A DNA stretch of 63,589 nucleotides, the filler included, from Perkinsus chesapeaki ATCC PRA-425 (taxonomy: Eukaryota > Protista > Perkinsozoa): the NCBI GenBank assembly GCA_013115145.1. It is 11 parts of 11 records of this genome, joined end to end, with 100 filler letters (N's around TTAATTAATTAA, not from the genome) between each part and the next. Parts side by side here need not be neighbours in the genome. Positions count along the whole stretch, not along the records: positions 40,090 to 41,695 come from JAAPAO010001871.1; positions 41,796 to 42,902 come from JAAPAO010002197.1; positions 43,003 to 44,440 come from JAAPAO010001958.1; positions 44,541 to 46,365 come from JAAPAO010001767.1; positions 46,466 to 56,568 come from JAAPAO010000905.1; 6 more parts are not named here. The stretch is one strand, 5' to 3'. Made by a program: the position numbers and the translations under genes. Each line of letters starts with the position of its first letter. The stretch's first letter is position 1. Positions 40,090 through 49,683 of the stretch are shown in pieces. The notes under the pieces are model-generated. The model was not told where the DNA came from. It made no database searches and saw only the letters and a program-made list of their open reading frames with translations.

Positions 40090-41695
40090 TAATATATATA
40101 ATAGATAGGAATAGATCTAGTTTATATATATCAATAATAGCTGATTTATCTATTTATATATCATATATTATAAGGTAAATATTATATAATTATCTTATGC
40201 ATTAATATGAATATAAACAAATACTGGGTAATATAAAGATATATAATTGATATTAACTACTAATAATATTAATAATACTATTATAATATATACATTACTA
40301 ATAAATATTTAATATAACAATTAATATTATATACATATTCTAGATCATATTATTATTTATGATTATCTAGTTATAATATATATATCTGCTGGTAATATCT
40401 ATATCTAGGGTATATTATCTGTATTTATAATTAAATATTATCACTAAATATATAATATAAATCACTAGTAATTATATGTTATAATAAATACATTATATAA
40501 ATAATTAGATATAAATTATATATATTAAAATATTATATCAGTATTATATGGTACTTTATCTATTTATTGTATACTATATTATATCATTTATTAACTATTT
40601 ATAAATATCTATTATAATAAATTAATATTCTATACATTATATATGAAATAACAATATAAATAGAAATATCTATAACCTGCTGTATTGTATTTAAATTAGT
40701 ATATTGTATATTATTAATAAATATAATAGGATATAAATACATGATTAATAATAATATATTAAATATTATAATATAACGACCATAATTTATATATTCGATT
40801 ATTGGTAATTGTATACCTATATATATCATACTTATATATTGTATTATTTGATTATATCATATTATATTTTTATAGTTATTTATATTCACTAATTACTATT
40901 TTGTATTCAGATAATATATTGATTATTGATATACTACTTACTACAATATATAAGTATGATATATATAGGTATACAATTACCAATAATCGAATATATAAAT
41001 TATGGTCGTTATATTATAATATTTAATATATTATTATTAATCATGTATTTATATCCTATTATATTTATTAATAATATACAATATACTAATTTAAATACAA
41101 TACAGCAGGTTATAGATATTTCTATTTATATTGTTATTTCATATATAATGTATAGAATATTAATTTATTATAATAGATATTTATAAATAGTTAATAAATG
41201 ATATAATATAGTATACAATAAATAGATAAAGTACCATATAATACTGATATAATATTTTAATATATATAATTTATATCTAATTATTTATATAATGTATTTA
41301 TTATAACATATAATTACTAGTGATTTATATTATATATTTAGTGATAATATTTAATTATAAATACAGATAATATACCCTAGATATAGATATTACCAGCAGA
41401 TATATATATTATAACTAGATAATCATAAATAATAATATGATCTAGAATATGTATATAATATTAATTGTTATATTAAATATTTATTAGTAATGTATATATT
41501 ATAATAGTATTATTAATATTATTAGTAGTTAATATCAATTATATATCTTTATATTACCCAGTATTTGTTTATATTCATATTAATGCATAAGATAATTATA
41601 TAATATTTACCTTATAATATATGATATATAAATAGATAAATCAGCTATTATTGATATATATAAACTAGATCTATTCCTATCTATTATATATATTA
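40090..41695. repeat. Very AT-rich contig forming an inverted repeat (754-bp arms, 98-bp spacer); mitochondrial origin
   Basis: 40090-40843 is the reverse complement of 40942-41695 wherever checked; both arms encode the same peptide. Confidence 0.93.
40599..40953 (-). CDS. cob: Mitochondrial cytochrome b, 3' portion (second partial copy on + at 40942-41186)
   Basis: 'LYIVVSSISIINILSEYK...NIIW(TGA)YNQIIQYISMIYIGIQLPIIEYINYGRY' aligns by eye with the apicomplexan Cob C-terminus (LLAEQR...IIW...WIGCQLP...YGR); no Cys codons. Confidence 0.8.
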
Positions 41696-41795
41696 NNNNN
41701 NNNNNNNNNNNNNNNNNNNNNNNNNNNNNNNNNNNNNNNTTAATTAATTAANNNNNNNNNNNNNNNNNNNNNNNNNNNNNNNNNNNNNNNNNNNN

Positions 41796-42077
41796 ACAAA
41801 TAACAGTGTCAACCTTGTGGCCACGGAAGGCATTGGCCACCGCGGTCTCGTCCGTATAGTCTGGGATCACTACTACCTGTAAAGGGTTGATAGGGAGAAG
41901 CGATGTGGGAATACTTACCTTGGCACCAGCCCTCGCGAGATTCTGTACGATATATCTTTTTCCGTTGCTGCTTCGGGTGAGGGCAACTACTTTATGACCA
42001 AGCTTCAACAATGAAAGGGAAATCTCTTTGCCGAAAACTCCAGTGGCACCAACGACAGCAACCGTTTTTGATGACAT
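41796..42077 (-). CDS. NmrA/isoflavone-reductase-like NAD(P)-binding protein, 5' part
   Basis: MSSKTVAVVGATGVFGKEI..VVALTR, one intron, then 'DYTDETAVANAFRGHKVDTVI'; cut by gap. Confidence 0.85.
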
Positions 42078-42726
42078 GTGGAAGTCGGTGATGATTTGGA
42101 GGAAACTATAAAGCACCGTCAACTCTCATTTCTGAGCGATTCGGGAGCTCCCTTTCTGCACTTTTGCATGCACCCGCGTCACTAGCTTGAGTTATTTATC
42201 ATGCAGAGTTCATCCCAACGCTTCAAGCTTCGATTCAGCTCAGATGATTTAAGCCCATGGTGACGCCATTATGGAGACAGCGACACCTGTCACGGCGCGA
42301 GGTTGCCAGCATGTGTCCGCTCCTCTACGTCCCCTTGGATTCTGGAGGTGTGATTCCACATTGAATAGCGGTCATAGAGTAGCTGTCTTCACCCGACGCG
42401 TCATCGACAAGACAAAGCTTTATAAGATTCTTACTTTCCTACAGTGTCGCTCTCATTCCGCCAACAACCGTGCCAGCATGTCTCCCATGTGCGGATTTCA
42501 CGCACATCACGGATTTCTTGAGTTGATAATGAACGTTAATGTAGCAAAGATTATCACTGATTCTAAACGTCATCGCCATAGCCGCCTTAGCATAGGTCAG
42601 TATAACCGGACTGTGTGGTACTTCCCTAGACTACCAGGTCCAGGGCGTACATTCGCAGAATACGATCTACTTGACAAAAGCTCAACACGATAATAGTACA
42701 GAAATCAGATATGATGATGGGATATT

Positions 42727-42902
42727 AACTACAAAGCTCCCTCGTTACATAGAAAAAGGTTAATGGATGGCGGTGGGACATGAACTACAAAGCTCCCTCG
42801 TCAAATAGAAAAAGGTTAATGGATGGCGGTGGGACATGAACTACAAAGCTCCCTCGTTACATAGAAAAAGGTTAATGGATGGCGATAGGATATGAACTAC
42901 AA
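42727..42902. repeat. 56-bp tandem repeat (at least 3 units, runs into gap)
   Basis: AACTACAAAGCTCCCTCGT... starts at 42727, 42783, 42839 and 42895. Confidence 0.9.
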
Positions 42903-43002
42903 NNNNNNNNNNNNNNNNNNNNNNNNNNNNNNNNNNNNNNNNNNNNTTAATTAATTAANNNNNNNNNNNNNNNNNNNNNNNNNNNNNNNNNNNNNNNNNN
43001 NN

Positions 43003-44224
43003 TACCCGATATTCTTGGCACTAGGAGGTATTTTGAGAGTGATTCGCATAACCCGATAGCAATGACAGGGTACCCTCGTTACTAATTTTCTTGTCATTGT
43101 TACTAATACTTGTGTCTCCCACTTGTAAGGGCGAGTGTTGAAGTAATGGACTTCTTTGATCATATCACGAGTGACCACAGCCGGCTGGATTGAAGATTTG
43201 ACCAGTTGTAGAGTAGCCGGCCCTTTCATTCCATGAACACGAAAAACCTCACGACCATAAGTGCCCCCACCCAGTGGGTTAGGAGTGAAAACCAAAACTT
43301 CAGAACCGATAGAGGGTGGGCCGCGACGTCGGGTAGACCTTCGCTCGCTGTTAATGGCTTCAGATGCCTTGAAGGCATCAGCGACCAAGCGATCCAGAAA
43401 TTCGGAGGTCTGTCGTCTCTCTTGCACTTCTTCCTGGTCAGCTGGCACAGCCGCTTCTGGTCCGGGGTTCTGCAGAGCGTTGTCGATCGAAAAACGGCGA
43501 GGCCTACCAAAGAAAACCTCGTGAGGCGAGGTGTCCAGACCTACCAAGGGTTTGGCGTTCAGACGTGCGATGACACGATGGAGCTGAGTAGACCAGGACT
43601 TTTTAGAAGCAAGCTGACGAGTGACGAACTTGATTGCCGATAAAGACCTCTCAACCAACCCATTGGAGAATGGCGCGTGAGGCGCCACAAGCTGATGTGC
43701 AATAGAATGCGCAGCCAAGAAGTCGGCGAGCTAGCGCTCTCTGAAGCAATGGCCCCTGTCAGTCCGCAACAATGACATCGGACCAAAGGTATCAGTGAAT
43801 GACGACAGAGCACGAACCACGGCCGAGGATGAGCTATTACGAAGCGAAGCAACCAAGACGAAACGGCTGAAATGGTCGATCAGGAACCCAAGGTGAAGTT
43901 TCCCTTCCTGTCAGGCCCCATCTCAGCAAGATCCGCGGAAACGACCTCCCAACAGCCGCGGATTCCATGAGTCACGGAACGTCCCCTATCGAGAAGAGAG
44001 TAGTACCGCCTGTTGTAGGCGGACTGACACTTATCGCATGAGCGACAAACATCATTCGCCAGCCTTCTCATGCCGCTGATGAAGAAGGATCTTGAAGAGA
44101 TCCAACGAACATAACGAGGATTTAGACACCCAGACTCAATATGGTATGTCTGCAAGAGCTTTTTAGCATAGTCCACACTGTGGACTCCACAGCCTCCGGG
44201 AGATCGAAAGGTATATAGAAGCAC
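43003..44224 (-). pseudogene. Ty3/gypsy integrase with a frameshift (~43890) and a premature stop (43731-43733)
   Basis: H..C..CRSCDKC zinc domain, 'WEVVSADL', 'FLIDHFSRFV', 'LRTDRGHCF', 'PFSNGLVER'. Confidence 0.85.
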
Positions 44225-44540
44225 AGCCTTGCCGGAGCGCCCCTAGATTCCGCTATAGGGCGGAATCGGTGCAGATGAAGTTATGCTGCGTTCAGCAGTT
44301 GATTGATCTGTCTACTTTTGTGCATGACGTATGAGTCATTGTGGTGACGGCTTAGTATCTTAGCGTCACGCTAGTAGCTTCAGTATTACTCATTCATATA
44401 AGTGATTACGTTATTATTGTAGCTGTTATTATCTTACATCNNNNNNNNNNNNNNNNNNNNNNNNNNNNNNNNNNNNNNNNNNNNTTAATTAATTAANNNN
44501 NNNNNNNNNNNNNNNNNNNNNNNNNNNNNNNNNNNNNNNN

Positions 44541-45275
44541 CGAGGAGAAGATAAGCTTAGTCCCACTGAAGAGCAACAAGTTAAACGATGCCTTTTGGCA
44601 GCTAAGAAAACACGCGAGACACAGGGCAAGAAGAGAAAGCAGGCTCCAGTATTAGATGAAGAACTCATAGATGCCATAATAAAGATACCCACAAGCATAG
44701 GATCAGAGAATGATCAATTGAAGACGGTCACTCTTTTATCAATCGCAAAAGTCTCTCGTTTGGATGAGATTTACGACCTTAAGGGAAGCGATGTCGAGAT
44801 TATTGAAGTCCCCGGCAAACTTAGAATAAGAGTTAAGATAGTCAACCCAAAAAATGAGGATGGTGACACTTACAAGGAGATAGATTGTGATAGCCACGTG
44901 ATGGGAAACACAGTGACCAACCGATTATGCACAGTCAAATGGTGTGCAGCACACGAACTGAGAATGCGAAAGTTGAAGTTGAAGAATGACAACTTCCGAT
45001 TGTTCCCAAAAGTTCAAAAAACGTCATATGCTAAGAAGTTGAAGAAGTTGGTGAATGAACAGTATCCTGGAATGAGCAGTAGATGGTCTTTAAAAAATAT
45101 AACAGGCCATAGTCTGCGTAGAACAGGAAGTACCATTTTGAAGCTGAGAGACGTATCAGAAGGAGAAGTACAAGCTTCAGGAAAATGGCGTTCTTCGGCT
45201 TGGCTGTCATATACGACACAAGCAATGGAGATGAAAACAAGAGCACACGCCAATATCATCATGGGAAATCATTGA
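44541..45275 (+). mobile_element. Tyrosine recombinase of an Ngaro/DIRS-type retroelement, 5'-truncated
   Basis: 'VSRLDEI' (catalytic Arg), 'TGHSLRRTG', 'GKWRSSAWLSY'. Confidence 0.88.
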
Positions 45276-45342
45276 GAGTGGGTTTTTATTAGTTTCTAGG
45301 TTTATGCCAGATTTGCGTTGCTGGAACAGTGGTTAGTGCCTG

Positions 45343-46212
45343 GGGAGGCATGAGCAATTAGGCAATCTGCGTCTGCGTGCTGATTTGTGTCACAGATTCG
45401 TGACAAAACATATATCACTATGATTGCCAATACTCATGCGGAGCGAAGCACTAGTCAGTGTGTTTTGAAGATTTAGTACACATAGATTCAAAGTAAGTGT
45501 GAGAGTTCAAGTTGCCACTCTCACGGCTAGTGCTTCACTCCTCACTACCCACTACTTCCAGTTAACGCAACGAATACTATACATCGATAAATGACGACTA
45601 TGGAACTAGTTATTGGCGGAGGAGATTGCAGTGTTGCTGTATCCACCATTTGTGGTATATGTTGGGAAACGACAGCGAGCGAATAAGGTTGAGTGAAGGT
45701 CAATTTATTGGGCAAGTTCAACAAGTGAGCGAATGTCGTTCAGTGTTTTAGGGCGAGCGCTTCTTGAGCCGCTCGCGTATCACTTGTTCTATAGATTGTC
45801 ATTAAGTTGATGTACATATATTTTTCAAACCCACCCACCCACTTCCGTATCATTTGTTGGCTGGGAGGCATGAGCAATTAGGCAATCTGCGTCTGCGTGC
45901 TGATTTGTGTCACAGATTCGTGACAAAACATATATCACTATGATTGCCAATACTCATGCGGAGCGAAGCACTAGTCAGTGTGTTTTGAAGATTTAGTACA
46001 CATAGATTCAAAGTAAGTGTGAGAGTTCAAGTTGCCACTCTCACGGCTAGTGCTTCACTCCTCACTACCCACTACTTCCAGTTAACGCAACGAATACTAT
46101 ACATCGATAAATGACGACTATGGAACTAGTTATTGGCGGAGGAGATTGCAGTGTTGCTGTATCCACCATTTGTGGTATATGTTGGGAAACGACAGCGAGC
46201 GAATAAGGTTGA
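45343..46212 (+). repeat. Split direct repeats B1 (45343-45692) - unique 170 bp - B2 (45863-46212)
   Basis: Two apparently identical 350-bp copies offset by 520 bp, immediately 3' of the YR ORF. Confidence 0.9.
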
Positions 46213-46294
46213 ACATTGAAAAATACCTGAACTCTTCACCATGGGTCGTAAGGTCAAGAGGGACCACAAACAATTACAAAGCACACATAACCAG

Positions 46295-46365
46295 TGACCG
46301 CTGTGGGGTTCGAACCCACGCCCTTTCGGACTGGCGCCTTAAGCCAGCGCCTTAGACCACTCGGC
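46295..46365 (-). tRNA. tRNA-Leu(AAG), 5' end lost in gap
   Basis: GCCGAGTGGTCTAAGGCG-CTGGC-TTAAGGC-GCCAG, long variable arm, GTGGGTTCGAACCCCAC-AGCGGTCA. Confidence 0.92.
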
Positions 46366-46591
46366 NNNNNNNNNNNNNNNNNNNNNNNNNNNNNNNNNNN
46401 NNNNNNNNNTTAATTAATTAANNNNNNNNNNNNNNNNNNNNNNNNNNNNNNNNNNNNNNNNNNNNAAAGGTGAGATATCCGAAGGAAAATTTTATTCGCA
46501 TTTGATCCCATGTCAGCCCCACTTACGGCCAGCCGTGTACTGTGTTGAAAGTTGCCTTCGTCGTAGCCATCATTTGCCTCTACCATTGGTC

Positions 46592-47257
46592 ATGTCTGAA
46601 GCACAACAACCGTTGACCACGGCTGAACTGATACCTGGTCCGCTGGTTGCTGTCTCTTCCACGGTGCATCCAAGCGATGGTATGGATGTGATCGACTCTG
46701 TCTACGTTCAACGAACCGTCATGCCTCACCCTTGTGACAAATGTCCCGAGTGTGGTAGCTTGAGGATCTTCTCGGAGACGAATCCTGTTGGTTCCCAAAG
46801 TCAGCTTCCTCGTGGGCGCTCTCGAAGCTGTTCGTCGATGCCTTCTCAAGTGAGCTATCAGAAGCCTACTGGTCCACCGGTTGGCCGGGTGAGGCGAACT
46901 GCCCCTGTCGTTGCGGCGTCAGCGATCCCTGCTGCTAGTGAAGCGGCAATCCTTACCAAAACCAAGGCATGTCGGCACTATGCCAGAGGCCATTGTGCGC
47001 TGGGCGATGACTGCAACTTTGCTCACAGCCCTGCTGAGTTGCGGGTCAAGCCGACGAATATATGCAAGACTAAAATGTGTGACAGAGGAAGGAGCTGTCG
47101 AAGAGTTAACTGTGGATATGCTCACAGCGAGGCCGAGCTGTTCAGCTATGATGATGCGGCCATGGATGAAGAGATGCAACAGTCGTCCTACGTCCAGTAT
47201 ATAGAGCAAATGGCCCTACTGCTTTCGCAGGAAGATATGTCGGCGCAATCTGATTAA
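46592..47257 (+). CDS. Intronless tandem CCCH zinc-finger RNA-binding protein
   Basis: KTKACRHYARGHCALGDDCNFAHSPAEL and KTKMCDRGRSCRRVNCGYAHSEAEL. Confidence 0.88.
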   Translation: MSEAQQPLTTAELIPGPLVAVSSTVHPSDGMDVIDSVYVQRTVMPHPCDKCPECGSLRIFSETNPVGSQSQLPRGRSRSCSSMPSQVSYQKPTGPPVGRVRRTAPVVAASAIPAASEAAILTKTKACRHYARGHCALGDDCNFAHSPAELRVKPTNICKTKMCDRGRSCRRVNCGYAHSEAELFSYDDAAMDEEMQQSSYVQYIEQMALLLSQEDMSAQSD

Positions 47258-49611
47258 ATCTCCAAGATTATATTTTACATAGAGCTGTCTTTTCATAATA
47301 GAAGACCGTCAAGGTTTACCCATTATCTGTTGTGTCGGCATGCGCCGATGATGATGTTTTTGTCGTAGTAGTTATTCTATGAGCGCATGTATCAGCGCCC
47401 GGGTCAATCGACCTAGATATTATAGAGCATTATCAACTCGATTATGAGTTCATTTTCCATATTGAGTTCAGACTCGATCAAACATTCGAGCGCCAACTGA
47501 TGGTGCTGCTCGCCGCCTTTTACAGTAGCAGCTGCTTACGTTGCCTCGGCATCTAGGAGGACCGTAGAGGTTCAGTGGACCGACTAGGTCCGATTATAAT
47601 TGTATTAATAGTGTCCTAGTGCTCAGGCATCGGTGAAGAGATGTCCTGCAATTCCACTACTCCTGCGTTGAACAGGTTTAGCATTTTCCATTAGTCTTTG
47701 ATAGTCTTAGTCAGAGCCACCGTAGACGTTGTCTCTAGACATAGCTGCATTCAGTTTTGCGTGGAAGTATCACTGCGCCTCTTTGAATGTATTAAGTCTC
47801 AGTTGTTGCGTTGCAGTTGGCAAGAACGGATAATAAAATCGTCTGCCAGTCGCCAAGGAAATCTGGAGGGATTGAATTTGACTGGCTAATTAGAGCTGAC
47901 CGTAGCAGTGCTCTCTGATCGTTGGACATTATTAGCGGGCTTGCATACACTGGCCTTTGGCTTGTTGTTGGATTTAGCATGGAGCAAGTCGGTGTGAATC
48001 AGCAATGGGCCGATACAGCGGCATCTTTCTCGGAAGATGAGATCATCAGTAAGCGCCTTTCGATTGGCGCATGATGAGAACGATCAGGAACCACACAAGC
48101 TGTGATGGTCGTAAATACCGGGAATAGACGAAAGGGGAATATGCGATACTTGGACACTATTGAGAAGATACAGCTGCAACAGTGGAACCATGCAAAACAA
48201 AGTGTACACAAACTGTTTAAGGATGATGGAAACCGAGGTGCTCCAAAGTTCCCGCTGCTTGCCGAGGCATTTCTTGTCGTAGATAAGACGCCCATAGCAG
48301 AATCGCTGAAGAACCTTCAGATGCTGTAAGAAGCGCGGCAGGCCGACACTGGCTTTGCTGGGCTTTGAGAAAAATCTCGCAAGTTTGATCCATCGCTTCC
48401 TCGCTGTTCGGCGTGGTTCCGTGATTCGAGCTCCCCTTCCCCTTGTTGAGCTAGTTCACGGATCACCAACAGTCAGGACTTACTTTACCAGTTACTATCG
48501 CTTGTTCCGCTTCGAGCCCGGCAGTGTCTGGAATCGATTCGAGAACGCTCCGATGCCAGCGCAATTGTGTCGGGTGTGTCCTGATCCAACGTAGGTAACA
48601 AGCCGAGGAGTAACAGGTGTCGATGGTACTCCTGTTCAGGCCAGACCATCTTAGACGGGTATGTCATACGGCCAGGCGCAGTAAGGAGCTTGATTCACGC
48701 ACTCGGCAAAGCATCTTTTAGGCACTACGGATCGAATAGTCTTCCACTACCTCGGCTATCATTCTGGCAACACACCTTGTACGCCGGCATCGTGAAGTTT
48801 TGCGAGGTTCTATGATGCTTCAGGCGCTCACACCGAGTGGTCTCACGGTCACTGTCTTCCCCTGTACAACCAAGTAGAATAATAGCCTAAGTTATTGTCG
48901 ATAACGCCTTCTTCTTTGGATTCGGGCTCTGGATGAGTACTGCCCTGTCAGCATCCACAAGCTCATCGGTTGGCTATCCGAGCCTATTATTTATATCTTT
49001 GACTGCGACTACGCTGGTGAGTTGCTGTCACCATCAGTTGTTGTACATGAGAACGACCTTTTCAAACTAATTCAACGTTTATCATTATTTCAATGAGATC
49101 ATCTCTTCGAACTGTTAAATTAACAACTCCATGACTCTATGGCTTTTTCAATTCAACAGTGCTGATTAGTGTGAGGAGTGCACAGTGTCTCATGGTACTT
49201 ACCATTCCAAAACTCATCATCGTTTTCACTGCTACTCTGACATCACAGTACCAATAGCGTATATTCGCTCATCGGTGACCGCGCTGCTGTCCGTGCTAGG
49301 ATCTTATGTGGATGCCTTCGAAGTGGCTGGTGCATGCTCATCTCCTCCTCGACGGTCCTTCTCAAGCTCCTCCGAATCCCTACTGCTGCGTGGAGGGAGC
49401 CATACGACATATGTCTTGGGTAGCTGCGGCAGAAATGAGCAGAACCCTGTCCTTGGTGAGGGGTGCAATCTGTCCAAGGAAAGGAGCGTTGCGGTAGGGA
49501 GTGGTTTCCATCTTCAGGTCCGAATCTCTCCTCGCAGCTACTTACTGCGTGCCTGACTGCACCGCTCAAGACGTCTTTGCAATTCTTATGTAAGGTTTGC
49601 TTTGTTAAGAA

Positions 49612-49683
49612 GGGCTGAGCCGAGAATCGAACCCGGGACCTCGTGCAGCCGAAGCACGAATCATACCACTAGACCACACAGCC
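49612..49683 (-). tRNA. tRNA-Pro(CGG), possibly degenerate
   Basis: 72-nt cloverleaf GGCTGTGTGGTCTAGTGGTATGATT-CGTGC-TTCGGCT-GCACG-AGGTCCCGGGTTCGATTCTCGGCTCAGCCC; T6:T67 mismatch and C37. Confidence 0.8.

Noticed and set aside
40890-40941. + strand reading LLFCIQIIYWLLIYY as the native cob upstream sequence
   Set aside because: Contains a Cys codon and is closed by TAA at 40890; the - strand reading matches Cob better (LSEYK).
42727-42902. CRISPR-like array
   Set aside because: Units are contiguous with no unique spacers; eukaryotic context and no cas genes.
44246-44267. 8-bp-arm hairpin GATTCCGC-N6-GCGGAATC at the integrase truncation point
   Set aside because: Single short dyad with no supporting terminus signature.
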